Assembly (NCBI RefSeq): GCF_018977255.1
Contig: NW_024704758.1
Location: 14,942,001-15,006,000 of the forward strand
Direction: 5' to 3'
DNA length: 64,000 bases
DNA from: Callorhinchus milii
Lineage: Eukaryota
In this document: piece by piece, positions 14,413 through 28,060 of the stretch
Layout of the letters: every line of letters starts with the position of its first letter
Position numbering within the stretch: position 1 is the first letter of the stretch
The notes under the pieces: generated by a model
What the model saw: the letters and a program-made list of their open reading frames with translations, nothing else
The model's database searches: none
Told to the model about the DNA's origin: nothing
Position numbers and translations under genes: made by a program

Positions 14413-16782
14413 GATCCGATCCTCTGAGGGAAAGGGCAAGTGGGTAATCGTGGGGTGAGCTCCCCTCTCGGGCCCCTCACAACATTGCCAGTGTGGTCTC
14501 GCTCGTGCATGAGGAATGGTCACGGAAGCCTTTGTGTCACTGAGACTCACTGAATGGATTTGTGGTGCAGCACAAGTTGCTGCTGTTGGAAAGAGGAACA
14601 AGGGTGACACACTTGGTAGATGTTCCCATTAACTATCGCTTGAGGACACTGCATGCAGGACAATGGCCTTTTAGGATCTCGTTTTTACCTTGACTTCCCA
14701 TTTTGATCTCTAATTCTTATTCCATACAGACCCCATGCTCTAACAACGCACAAGCGATGGACACGGGGAGGGAGCTCAGTGTATAGTACTTATGCGCTCA
14801 CAGTTAGCATTCATCACCACCGCCAACAACAACTTGCATTTATATCGCGCCCTTCACTCGCGGTAGCATTCCAGAGCATTCAGCACGATTGTACATCCTA
14901 CAGGTCGGTGTGATGTTCCTGACCATTAGACGTCACTAGCACTGCAGTGAATGTGGCATCATCTTGCATTTCCAAATGCATTGCAAAAAAAAATGTGGCA
15001 CTGCATCAGTTTAATCTCTCCCATCTCCAAGGAGGCAATATTGCCTATCGACTCCTGGTTCGTACCGCTGTGGTGTGAGCAGTGCTAACTCACAGGGTTC
15101 CGTTGCCGTTAAATCCACCAGATCAGTTCACGTCACTGGTGCCAGCTGCTTTCTGATCGGAAACAAGATCCTGGGGGAGAGCGTCTAAAAATAAACACTA
15201 ATACTTCCTAGAACTGGCAGTTATTTTGGGATTGTTTACCCTGGCTGTTTTAATTACCCGTTTTTTTTAAAAAAAAAGTGTTCTAAACCATAATTGTTCC
15301 CGTGGTACTTTGAATGGTCTCGTTGTTAACCATTATCCTCTCTCCGAAGCTCCCAAGTGCAATGAGAGAGAGTTCAAATCGAACGGTCGAGGGACTCTTG
15401 CCACACATTTAAGATGGTGAAAGATGGAAATGCTATCAGTGTGGCAGTCTTAAAAGAGTTGCAGTTTTTACTTAATTTATCCTGAGAGTTGGGAGTTGGG
15501 AGGAGACGCAAGGTGCAATCAACAACAACAACAACAGCTTGCACTTGTACAGATTAGGCTGTCTGCTCCCAAGCGTTTCACAGAGATGATGAGGAACTCC
15601 GAGCAGGGAGCTGATGAAGGAGATTTAAGATTGTTGAACCAAAGGCATGGTAAAAGAGAGGGCAAAAAGAGGCTTTGCAATGGAAAGTAGCGGGTGCGTT
15701 AGGGTTTACGGAGTGCATGATTGTTCCGACGACTTGATAGGTCCCACACCTCGGATGAGGATGTGCTGAGCGGTGCTATCCCTTGCTGGCCCGATGTTAA
15801 ACTTCCTCTCTGTGAAAGCTGGGTCTCACTGTGCCTGTTGGTTGTGCTGGAGCTGGAACTTCCTCAGACAGTTCCCTGAATGTGTAATGTAATGGGTCTA
15901 TTTTTTTTTCGGTGCGCAATGAATAACCTAGGGCTAGAGTTTTATTGTTGGCTGTGCATACTTCCTATTAGTCGAGGCTTTGATGCATGGATCGTGCCAA
16001 ATATTAGGTTAAGTAAAGCTAGAAGACCATTAGCCTACACACTCTGAGCTTCTCTGGCAGGGCTAATGCAAACCAAGCTGCTGTGGGGAGAGCTCCAGAA
16101 GTCCTGAGGGCTTTGAAGAGCACACTGATGTGTCCTAGACTTCGGTGATAATGCACGCTTGTGCTATTCATTCATTCATTCATTCATTCATTCTTTCATT
16201 CATTTATACCGTAACACTTGATGCTGAAGTCTAACGCTCCATATATATGAAGCCTGCGACTCCCGACCCTTTCCGGGCTCATCTGCTTAAAAGTGGCATT
16301 AATAAGCACTTACTCCCCGATCACCTAAATGCACTGTTGTTGTGAATCTCTCCACACGAGAGAGCCCTTTGCGAGTGCCAATATCTGCGGATTGCCACCC
16401 GACCCACACACATCTAAAAGCTGACTCTTGCCTTTCTATCGCATTGTCTTCTGCAGAATGTTACAAAGAAATCTAAATTCCTAAAACGGTTAATTTGAGT
16501 GCATTGGGACGTCCCCCGACGTGAAAGGCGCGACACACAGGCAATTTGCAGCTGTTATTAATTCGCAGCTTCCACCAAGGAAGTGTGCGCGGAGATTATA
16601 TCTCGAAAAATATTTCATTTCAGCGAGAAGAACTTCCAAAAGTTTTCCGAAGGTGAAAGTGCTCCTTTGTGCAAGTATGGCTGACCTCCTGTTCGCCTTG
16701 TCCCCTTCCCCCACTTCCGTGCACATACTTCCTGCGTCACTGCGACATTCCTGACCTTTTCCTTGGTGTCCAAAGACAGAAG

Positions 16783-17070
16783 CACACGCGCCTCTCTGTT
16801 TACCTAGCAGCGAGGAGGAACCCGCTTGTTAGTTGATTGGTGGATTGCTTTCAGGGGTAATATTTCTTTCAAAAAAATAAAAGAATTTGGTCACTCAATC
16901 CACGACTGTGTGTGGGACGCTGCTGTGCGCAATTGACTGCCGCGTTTCACCCGCAAAATACACAGTAAATTCATTTTACAATATATTCTGTGAAGCGCTT
17001 TGAGACGTCTCGAAGACATGATAAGGCGCTGTATCAAAAGCGAGGGTTATTATTATTATTATTATTATTA
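16783..17070 (+). mobile_element. SINE family A lacking the tRNA head
   Basis: cacacgcgcctctctgtttacctagcag...tggtcactcaatccacgactg...(tta)n tail. Confidence 0.85.
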
Positions 17071-17431
17071 TAGAAGCTGTGAGGTCGCATTGGAAGAATC
17101 CAATTGCACTGGGCCCTGGGGCTGCAGTGGAAGTGTGCTACAAGGTGAATTGTTTGCTTGTATTTTAGTAAATTATCTCGAGGGGAGAATGTTTTTATGA
17201 GATAGCCCCATCATAAATTAATTGAAAACGTTAACCTGCGTGCGGACAGGCATATGCTGCTTTGAAGCTGTTGTAAAATGTTTTAAACGTGAGCGCACAT
17301 TGTCAAAATCCCCGAAAGCTGTGACCTCACGTGAAGAGGTGCTACATAAATACACGTTTTATTGTTGAAATGAAAGTGCAGAGGATATCAGCACAGACTC
17401 GGTAGGTTGGATAGCCCATTCCTGGGCTGTA

Positions 17432-17464
<33 letters not shown>

Positions 17465-18337
17465 AATCCTTGCATTTGATATAGCGCCTTATCACGTCTT
17501 CATGACACAGCTGCCCTGCACAGTCGAGTACTGCACCTGGGGAGAAAGCGGGGAAGGAGGTGGGATGGCCACTTAGTTTGGAGCAGTCTGGGCTGCAGTA
17601 CAGTGAGGAAAGCTCTCAATGATGTCATGTTGCGTAGCTGTGTGCCAGCTATGTAAGTCTGTACAGCTTATATCATAGACTGCGGACACTTTAACTCTCA
17701 CCTTAATACGGATCCTAATTACAGGGTTACGTCATGGAAAGTCGATTAAAGCTTTGGGAAAAAAAAATCCCATGCGCGGCTGACGTTGCCATGGACTGAA
17801 TACTTGGCAACGCATCTAGGAGCTGTTTGAATGATCCCTGACCAGGTGGCATTGTTCAGCACATCCACTGTTTCCCTGTACACAGTAAGATGGAGAGAGG
17901 CAGTCCCGAGTGTAGTAGTCAAGGGGGGAAGAGAGGAATTAAAGGACCTGCCAACGATCCAGTAAACTGGAGGAACGGGCTGGATGAGCTCAACGGCCTC
18001 CTGCTGCTATGTAGATTTGTTCTAACACGCAGAGCCCTAACCGCCCTCCCGTCAGCTCCTCCCAGGCACAGCTCGCAGGAAAGCCGGAGAATGCAGGGAA
18101 TTTGCCCCTGGCCTGTGTGTGCTGGGATCAGATGAATGAATCCCTGGCGTTTCCGGTTCTTCTCTGCTGCACACCACCCAAGTTCCTGTAAACCCCCCGA
18201 ATCGAGCTCCTTTTGCTGTCTGTCTGGCTCTCCAGAGACTGCGGTAATAGAGAGGTGGGGGTGGGTGGGGTGGATTGGTGGGAGGGGCGGACGCAGGGAG
18301 ACTGCCTTCAGGTTCTGCCTGTAATACTGTAATACTG

Positions 18338-18460
18338 AGAAATAAGAACAGGAGGAGGTCATTCAGGCCCTCGAGCCTGTTCTATAAGTTCATGGCTGAT
18401 GTGTACCTCAACCCGCCTTTGCCCCGTTACCCCTTGATACCCCAAACTAACAAATATTTC
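18338..18460 (-). mobile_element. CR1-type LINE 3' end
   Basis: Similar, in reverse complement, to the tail at 27018-27145 (atcaagggg...cagccatga...ctcgagggcctgaatgacctcctcctgttc). Confidence 0.65.
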
Positions 18461-19234
18461 AATATGGGACTCTTCACAAATGTTTTGCTTCGTCATCCTC
18501 CTGCCCGTAGCCCACCATTGTTGTTACGCACGGACCCCCTGACGCGTGTGACGCCTGCAGCACGTGGCCTCCCTCGGGGAGCGTCGCCGGTCCACAAACC
18601 GCTGCCTGAGTCGCTTGATGCTGCCGTCCGGCGTGGAGGGCGCCATATAAATCCAAGTTGTTGTTGTCGTGCACCTTTGCCTGTAATTGCCGGGTGCCAC
18701 GTTCCCTCTGCGAGGCTCCGGTGAACCAGGGAAGGGCGGGCACCGGTGACCGATGCAGCGGATCCCATCGGTCACTTTACCCGCTCAGCCCTGACCCCCC
18801 CGCACCCCCACTGCGGTTTATTATTAACCGTGGATTCACCGACTCACCTCGTAGCACGTGGGAACTGAAACGGGCACAACTGGGTGGGGAGCTCTCTCTC
18901 TCTCTCTCTCCCTCCTTGAATCAAACTCACCGTCCGCCCCAGTAAAGTCACCGCGGGGGGCGGGGGGGGGGCGGGGGGGGGGGGGGGAGCTTGCTGAGGG
19001 CCTTTCCCATCGTTTTTCGAATCACCCAAACCAGGCGGCGCTCCCTGACGGAGGCCATGTGTTTGTGCCCTCCAGCCCGCCTGCGGTGCGGCTGCTCATG
19101 TAACAGTCAGACAGTAAGCCTGTGCGCCCGCCGCCGTGTAATGAAATATTTCGGGCCCTTGTCATTCGATCAGCCAGCCGGCCCCGTCACAAGTGCGTTG
19201 TTAATCCAGTTGCTGCGGTTACCAAAGCAGACAA

Positions 19235-19680
19235 ATAGTAATAATAATCCCTCCCTTTGATACGGCGCCTCATCACGTCTTCGAGACCTCTCAAAGCGCT
19301 TCACGGAATGTACTGTAAAGCGAATTGACTGTGTATATTGTGGGCGAAACGTGGGCAGCCAATTGCACACAGCAGCGGCCCGTATGATAAGGCGCTATAT
19401 CAAATGCAAGGGTTGTTATTATTTCATAAGAGCGTTAAATAAACGCAAGTTGTTGTTGTCTCCTAAAATCCTTTCCTGTGCTTTCGTAATAAAAAATGTT
19501 AACTGATTAAGTAAAGGAACCGGTTCAGTTATAATTGTCATCATCATCATCATTTCACCCACAAAATACACATTCGGTGCACTTTTTACAGTGTATTTCC
19601 TGTGAAGAAGCACTTTGAGATGTCCCGAAGATGTGATAAGGCGTTGTATCAAACGCAAGGACGATGATTATTATTATTTT
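19235..19680. mobile_element. Cluster of SINE family A fragments in both orientations
   Basis: Minus copy ~19235-19378, plus tail ~19385-19423, plus copy ~19555-19678. Confidence 0.8.
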
Positions 19681-20749
19681 CACCGTTGCTCTCGGTGTTT
19701 TTGTCACATTCCTCGGCGCTGTGCGTTGTGATTGCAGTGTGCCAGGCTGTGCCCTCGTCAACGCAGTTAAGACGAGGATTTTGTTTTGCTGACATGACAC
19801 TTGTGTGGTTTTTTTTTGGTCACTGCAGGCGTTTGGAGCAGTTTTATTGAAGGGCGCGGGGTTTGGAGCGAGGGTTGGTGGTAACCTTGTGGCCCCCCCC
19901 CCCTCTTCCCCCTTTAAGTCGTGCGTACCCACCCACTCACAGAGTGCGAGTGACGTCTGCTTTGAATGCCGCAGCCCTCGTTGCAAGCCTGTAGTGTGTA
20001 GTTGCTGTCGCAGATGCATATCGATGCGATCGATATGAAGATCAGATATCTCAGAAGGGCCCTCACGATGATTCCGAGTAGGTTCTTTCCCTCCAGTAAT
20101 CCAGAGCTCTGGGATGTCTCAAACACTTGGCGACATCCTCAAGCTGTGAAAGGTGCTGGATAAGTGTATATTGTATTCTCCCTGCCCCTATTTTTTTCTC
20201 CCCCTTGGGGGATTCCAGGTATATCGCTGATATCGGTTGACGATTGGTCTCAGTAGCTTGGCACTCCGCACATGTAAGGGTTAACCACCGAGGGTGTGCG
20301 CGTGAGTTGCAGATACCAGTTAGTTGCGAGTGTGTGCAGCCTTTACTTCCTTGTTTCTGCCCGGCTCTTTTGAAAGAAATACTCAAAGCACTTGGTCAGG
20401 TTGACAAAGCGAGATTTATTGCAGGAGGAAGAACACCATGTTCCCGCGAAGCCAAATGCTGCTGTAACTATTGTGCAAGGCCTCTCGCACACAGGAGATA
20501 TTGCACCGAGCCACACGCAGCAAATACGTTTCTTAACTGCCCGTCAGCATTTTATAGCCCTTTGTTTCCATCCCCCCCCCCTCTCTCCCCCTCTCTCTCT
20601 CTCTCTCTTTCTCTCTCTGGCCCGTGGGTTTGAGCGTTTAACATTAATTCAGGGCCGGAGTGCAAGGCTGCCGTCCCAGCCGTCCACTCAGCACAGTGCG
20701 CGAGTCTGGACTCCAGACCTTTAGTACTGGGGAATGTCCAAACCACCAG

Positions 20750-20910
20750 ATTTTTTTTTGAAGGGATTATTATCCCCGGAAAAGTGATCGGCCAATCGAC
20801 TAACAAGCGGGTTCCTACTGACTCTGGGAAACAGAGGCGCGTGGAGTAAGGAAACTTGCCCAACCCACGCGCTCTCGGTTACGAGGCGAGTGCTCCAACC
20901 ACTGAGCTGC
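20750..20910 (-). mobile_element. SINE family A 5' half (tRNA head)
   Basis: gtggagtaaggaaacttgcccaac...gcgagtgctccaaccactgagctgcag. Confidence 0.8.
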
Positions 20911-21564
20911 AGATTGCCCTCTCCCGGTATAAATGACGTTTGCCAATCTCCCCGAGTAAGTGCACATGAGGAATGTTAACAGGCCAAAGAACCAACGAGA
21001 GAGGATTGATCAGCCTGACTGTTGCTGCGTTGCACTGTCTCACGCTGCTTGTGATTTTGCCCAGCGTGTTGGGAATGTGGTGTAACAGCTTTATGGCCTG
21101 GCCGTTTGCGAGGAGCTTTGGCAGCATGCTCTGTCTGTTCCAGAGTTCCCAATGAAAGGCACGGCTCCTTTTCAGAAGGATTATTTATATTCTTACGAGC
21201 AGACTGGTCATTTCCACCATAAATCACATGGCGCTCGCACCCTTAGCTTTGCTGCGAGTTCAGTCATGTTCCTTACGAGGCTTTAGAAGCTGCGAGGGGA
21301 CGCTCGTTTGTTCTGCTGTCAGGCCCCACGACCACGATGACAGAAGCTGATTGGGAAAAGTGCATAAAGTCGTGCTCGGGTGAAGTTTATTTTCTCTGTG
21401 AAGCGGTGACAGCCGTCATCACCTTCAACAGCTTTTGAATATTATTGCGCACAGACTAGGTTATCTAACTGAGCAGCAATGCTGTGGTTACATCACTGGC
21501 CCTTCTTCCTCTCCTGGGGGCAGAAGGATCTCTTGTCTTGCATTGTGCTGTGTCCTTCAAGCAT

Positions 21565-21905
21565 GTGGCTCGCTATGAGCACACTCTCAGGTCAGAAGAT
21601 TTGTGGCTTCAAACCCAATGCCTGGACTTTGAGACTCAAGAGTCCAGCCTGACACCCAGTGGAGAGCTACCTATCTATAGCGTCCTTTGGATGAGATGTT
21701 AAAGCCTTTGGATGTTAAACCAATTTCTTCAAGTGGCCTCCATTCATCAAGAAAAGGCAGTTTCTCCCAGTGTCCTGGCCAACAATGCTTCAGATAGTCA
21801 TTCATTCAACCCACGGCTGGAATGTGGGACGTTGCTGTGCACAAAACAGCTGCCAAGTTTCACCTGAGGAGCTTTGAGGTGTTTCAACGTTATCGTTGCA
21901 ATAAA
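21565..21905 (+). mobile_element. Older Deu-SINE (family B, SacSINE1/AmnSINE1-like), degraded
   Basis: gcacactctcaggtcagaagatttgtgg...tccagcctgacacccagtg...tttggatgagatgttaaa...gttctcccagtgtcctggccaac...gtgggacgttgctgtgcacaaa. Confidence 0.65.
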
Positions 21906-22381
21906 AATGCTTCTGTTCTAATGGAGACTGAGCCCATCATAAACGTGTGATCCCGAGAGCGAGATACACACACAAGTACACACACCTCCCTTCCTCCCTC
22001 AGGCTCCAGCATAAAGGCTCTGGCCTAGTTATTTGTATTTCAAAAGCTTTTGGCTTTAGATCCATAGTCAATCTGGATCCTCAGCACAAGTCCTAGAACT
22101 TAGGTTACAAAGCAGCAAAGGGAGATAACAAGAAACTTATGATTAGACTTGTCCAGTGTTCGATTGGTTCTCTCTAATGATCTGTAAATTACAGCAGATT
22201 CACTTAACCCAGCGAGATTGATGTAGCTTACGTGGGCTAAAGCTGTTGTAGATTGTACTGTGCCTGATGCGTGCGATACTGTTGTATACGACGGATTGTG
22301 GGACACTGCTGTGCGCAAGTGGCTGCTGCGTTTCGCCCACAAAAGATAGTCAATTCACTTTACAGTATATTCTGTGAAGCG

Positions 22382-22540
22382 TCTCATTTGAAGGACAGCA
22401 CTGCTGACATTTCAGTGCTTCCCCTCCAGCACTACACTGGACTGTTAGCCTGGACTACGCCATTACAGAGCCATGACGTGGGGCTTGAGCCCACAATCTT
22501 CGGACTCAAGCGTGCTGCCTACCAACTGAGCCAGGCTGAC
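22382..22540 (-). mobile_element. Deu-SINE family B 5' part
   Basis: Reverse complement begins gtcagcctggctcagttggtag..., as in the copies at 34530 and 59370. Confidence 0.6.
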
Positions 22541-24072
22541 ATGAGTTTGGAGTTTAAGTGAGGCGTCCTTCAGTGCAGTGACTGTTTATCTGATCCCTTG
22601 TTGACTCCAGGCCCAGTGAGTATCTGTCAATGAATGGGAAGTCATCTGTTTTGCTGCTGTGTGCCCAAAGCTTGTTCGGATCAATAGTACAGAGGTGAAG
22701 GTCAGTGTAAGAATCTAACAAAATAGGCCCCAATCCTGGGCAGGTCAGTTCACCCCCCCACCCCCCCCACCCCCCCACCCCCAGGCGGTTGAATGTTATT
22801 CCACGGCGGGTTCCCTTGGTTCCACGGTCTAACGCTTTTGAAATTCCTGCTTGTTTTTCTCTTCCCGTTCGGTCCACGTGTAAATTCCTGAGATTTAAAA
22901 AAGGAGTTTGCATTAATCCAGCGGGAGCCTTTGAAATGACATCATGGCACAGGATGTGTGTGTGTTTACGGGGCAGCTGGTGTACGTGGGGAGGATTGCT
23001 CGCTCTACACCCCGATAGGAATAAAGTCACTGTGTGATTCTATACTGATGACGTTAATATTTAGGACCGCTTTTCGTCTCAGATGTTTGTGATTTTTGTA
23101 TTCATGTCTAAATATATATATGTGTATAATATATATAAATACTCACCTCGCAAGTGAGAGGACCTGAATTCAATTCCCAAGCAGGGTGAAACGTTAGGGG
23201 AAGAGAGAGGCACCACGTTTAAGCAAGCGGGTGTCATTTCGTTGGACATACTTTAAACACGCTAATTGTAGTACAGGGAACAACATCGTGAAGCTGCCTG
23301 GAATCTCTGACCGAGTCAGATGCTGGTGGTCGGTTGGTTTGGGGTTGGAATCCTGTGCAATGCCTTGTGTATATGATGTACAGAATATGTTAATCCTGTT
23401 CGTGGCACCTCGACCTACAACACCTTGGCACCAGGGGCCAGTGCCTGGACTTTTATCTCATTCCATAAGAAGCCTGTTAGCCAGGTTTCATCCACGCTTC
23501 AAACATATTGCATTTCTTCGTTAGAATAACCTTTGTACATTAATAATGAGCTTGGGGGAGCAATAGGGAAATCCCTACTCCTCTGGCCTGGGAGGCGCAT
23601 TGTTTACTGTATCCTGGTTTCCGCACCCGCTGAGGATTGCCACCACTCTCCAGCGTCTCTCCCGTCTCCTGCCCACAAAGCAGGTGGAAGGCAGAGCGGT
23701 TTTTGTTTTTAAATGTCAGACCGTGCCAGCCAATGCATGGAGCAAATCACAGGTCTCCCGATGAGAAAGTTGCTGCATTGCCTTGTGAGTGCTCGGTTGT
23801 CGCTGGTGCTGGGAAAATCATAAACATTTTTTAAAAAAAACTCTGAAGCCGGGATTTAAAATCTACAGCCTTCTCACTCAAAGTTAAAAGTGCTCCGACT
23901 GAGACAAGCTGAACTTCAGTGGGGCTGAACTGTATGATCAGAGACGTTAAGGTCTTATTAGCTCTGGAATGCTTACCGACCCATATTGAAGGAGTAATGG
24001 TCAGTAAGCTAACTAAATCCTGATTATAGTTTTGCGTCATTAGAAAGGTTACTGTAGATCTTTACCCACTGT

Positions 24073-24428
24073 GGAATCCTGTAGCTCAGTGATCAGAGCA
24101 CTCGCCTCACAAGTGCGAGGACGGGTTTGATTCCCGGGCAGAGCAAAACGTTAGGCAAGTTTCCTTACTCCCCACGCAGGCCTCTGATTACCAGCAGTAA
24201 GTAGGAACCCAGTTAGTCGATTGGCGGATTGCTTTTCCTGAGGATAATATTCTCTTCAAAAAAATTAATAATAATAATTTGGTCACTCAATCCATGGACT
24301 GTTTGTGGGAAACCTCTGGGTCCCCCCCACAAGATATACAGTCAACTCACTCACTTTACAGTGTATCCTGTGAAGCGCTTTGAGACGTCTCGAAGACATG
24401 ATGAGGCGCTATATCAAATGCGAGGATA
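24073..24428 (+). mobile_element. SINE family A, near full length
   Basis: A box TAGCTCAGTG, B-box-like GGTTTGATTCC, body, partly degraded Deu segment and L2-like tail. Confidence 0.88.
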
Positions 24429-26489
24429 TATTCTAGGGTCCGGGTTGCGGCTGGATCCAGAGAATGACACTGTGGGGTGTGTGTGTGTGTGGCAGGTGTG
24501 AGCTCCGGTGACAGGCCAACACCTCAGCAAATGAGCCTCATGCCCAGGGCTGCCACCAGTGCCCACAACACTCCCCGCAGGGCAGGGCATGGGGGAGCCA
24601 CCCCCAGCTGCCTGTCCTCAACAGCTGCACTTTTTTGTATGTTAACTGTCCCTGTACTATTCGTGTCTGGTGGGTTGTTTTGGTCAGCAGGTGTCTTGAC
24701 CCAATGAGGAAACCACGTCCTGCAGCTTAGTGGTTAGTTCTTTCTTCGCTGTGAACTGCAAACAAAGTCGATCGATAGTAATTTTCTCGCTTTCTCGCTA
24801 GAGTTACACCCAGAACGACATATCACGAGAGAGTTACGTTGCAGCACAGAAGCAAGCCGGTCAGCCCCACAAGCCGTTAGTCCATGTGTTTGAACTCCTC
24901 ACCAGCCTCCACCCTCTCTCTTCTCGGTTACACAACACACAATACTGGGTCACAAGAGGAATTTCACGCCCTATGTTTCAGAACAAGAACAATCTGTAGC
25001 TTCCAGCGTTTGGACCCGTGTTGTTTTTTGAGCGCTAATCTGGAAGTTAGACCCAGCATCACTGGGTGGGTGGGCCCTCTATCCGGGGTCAAGGTCCAGT
25101 GAGGAGCTGTCGTTTCTTTGTATAGCCTTCACCACAAAAGGCTTCTCAAGCTGAGTGTGTAACAACATCTTAAACGATGCGAGCAGAGAAGTTGTGTTTG
25201 TCCAGAGACTCTGCACCAACAATCCCCCCAAATAAAATTGGTTGTTCACTTCATGGCTGTTTCTGGGACGTGGCTAAGTCTAAGTTGGCTGCTGCATTCG
25301 CGTACGAAATGCAGGTCATTACGCTCTACAAGTAAATCCTTCGAAGCTCGTTGAGACATTTCTCTGTGCTGCGATAAAGTGCTATATCAAACTCAAGGAT
25401 TACAACGACAACAACAACGTGCATTTATATAGCGCCCCTCACGCTGTGTAGCGTCCCAGAGTGCGTATTATTAAAAAGAAGCTGCTTGTGAAGAAGTTTG
25501 AAGGATAAACTTACCTTCGTGTGTGGGCAAACGGAGGCTTCATTTCTGCAGCGACGCTGCAATAAGATGACATGAATCAAAAAGAAATGGTGGAATCCTC
25601 TCTGTTTATCTTTATTCCCAGAGACTCGTTGTCTTTTCCAACCTAATTTCTGCATATTGCAGGGCTGTACAGACAGGCTGGGATCCTCTGTACAGTAAGT
25701 TCTGGGCTGTGTCTGTGTGTTTGTTTGACTTTTCTTCATTAATTACAGGCTTCGGTGCTTTCAGTCAGAGGGTGAGCATTCACATCCTGCTAGGAATATT
25801 GCTCTCAGCTGAGATCAGCATCCCTTAAAAAAATAATTATTATTTTTGGGGACGCTGCTGTGCGCAATTGTCGCGTTTTGCCCACAAAGTATGTAGTCGA
25901 TTCACTTTACAGTATATTCTGCGAAGCGCTTTGAGAAGTTTCGAAGTTGTGATAAGGCGCTGTATTAAATGCAAGGATTATTATTATTATCACAGGAAAC
26001 AAGGGAGAACTCCTACATTGTCATTTGTTTTGCAGGTGTCAGGAATGATGCAGAAGGAGATAGACATACACGCACACACACCACTCCATTGGCAGCGCCT
26101 CCTTTCATATTAACAATAACCCTGGCATTTGGGTCCAGCGCCTTTCAAATCGGGAGCACACCTCAAAGAAGCACTTGACAGGATTTTACTGTGAAGTGCA
26201 TGTGGGCAAACACAGGAGAGCGTATTCAAACACAAAAAAAGTACAGTGGAATACAAAGGATGTAAACAAAGTGCTGAGAATGCACACTCAAGTAGCTGCT
26301 CCGTGAATGAGGGGCCTGAGCTGAATTGTAAACGGGAACACGAGGGCAGTGAAGCTTTGCTCAGTGACTGGGGCCTGAGCGAATGTCAGTGTTGAGCGTG
26401 AGGGGCTGCGATTACACAGCGTTTTATCGCACTGCAGCACATGGGCAATGTCACAGCCAGCTTAAAGAGGTTTTCACAGATGATGAATG

Positions 26490-27145
26490 GGTTTGGTCGA
26501 GATTTAATTCCAGTGGTCGGTGAGTCTACAACAAGAGGGCATAAACTGAGCAATAGCATGAGCTTCAGCTTAAGGTACATATCTGTACCTCTGAGCGCTG
26601 CTTTGGGTTACTGCTCTACCGTGAATCCCAGCCCCCTTAACTCTCACCTCACCTCAAGGAGAATGCTAGAGGTACTGTCATGCGCTGGACTTTGAAAAGG
26701 CAGAATGCACTCGTTTCACACAGAGAGTTGTTGGAACATGGAACGCCCTGCCAAGGACTGTGGTAAAAGAAGAGACCACTGTGGGTTTCAGGAGGGAAGG
26801 AGAGAAAAGATATGAAAGCTTGAGGCTTGAAGGGGAAAGGGGGGTAATAAGAACTGAATGGACAGCTTGCTCAGAGAGCCGGAGCATCCTGGAGCCGTTC
26901 ACCCCCAATTGCCTTGCAGAGCGGCGACGAGGAGAAAGGAGAAGGAAAAAGTGGGCGAATGAATAGAAGTGTGCAGAATGCTGCTGTCTTCCTGTCTCAG
27001 GGTTTATATTTGTTAGGTCAGGGCATCAAGGGATATGGGGCAAGGGATGCGGGTAATTGGAGTTGACGTACAGATCAGCCATGATCTTATAGAATGTTGG
27101 AACGGGCTGGAGGGGCTGAATGGCCTCCCGTTCCTGTGTTTGTAT
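26490..27145 (+). mobile_element. CR1-type LINE fragments (ORF2 C-terminus and 3' tails)
   Basis: Translated ESTTRGHKL (~26522) and FTQRVVGTWNALP (~26715); tail cagatcagccatgatctta...gggctgaatggcctc at ~27070-27130. Confidence 0.7.
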
Positions 27146-27207
27146 GACTGCCCGTGGCTGTGTAGTGTTTATACTGCGAACAACGAGGCCGGGGCCTTTG
27201 TCGTTGA

Positions 27208-27468
<261 letters not shown>

Positions 27469-27707
27469 TGACCAGGGCGAACAGGGCGGAGTGTTTAAGA
27501 AGGACACTGTATTATGTTTTTATTCCAAAAAAAAGTATTATGACTTTGAGTGCGAATTTTATAACTTTTGGTTGATTTTTAAGTGGGAAGCTTTTTCAAA
27601 AAGGAACTTTAAATCTCTTGCAAGTTGCAAATCGCCGAAAAAATAGGGTAATCCAAGCGGGGCAAGTGGCAGGAAGCATGCCAGGCAGGGCTCTTTTCTA
27701 GGGAGTG

Positions 27708-28060
27708 TCCAGGCTGGCACTCCAGTGCTGCATTGGCAGAGGTGTCGACCTTTGGATGAGAGCTCAAAAATAGTGGTCCTGTCTGTGTCTGTTCAGGTGG
27801 ATGTTAAAGATCCCGTGGCACTATTCGAAAAGAGAAGGGAGTCTCTCTCTCCTGATGTCCTGGCCGACGTTCCCCAGATGAGATTGGTCGGTCATTCACT
27901 CTGCGGCTGTTTGCGAGACATTGCTGTGCGCAAATTGGGCTGCTGCGTTCACCCTCACAAAAATGCAGTCACCACACCGTACAACAAATCCCGTGAAGCG
28001 CTTTGAGATAGCTCAACAACTCAATCAGGCGTTGTGTCACATAGAAGGATTGTATTATTG
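27708..28060 (+). mobile_element. Deu-SINE family B
   Basis: tccaggctggcactccagtg...tttggatgag...ttcaggtggatgttaaagatcccgtggcactattcgaa...gctgtttgcgagacattgctgtgcgcaaattgg. Confidence 0.75.

Noticed and set aside
20017-20037. Palindrome CATATCGAT-gcg-ATCGATATG
   Set aside because: Short and isolated, with no supporting context.
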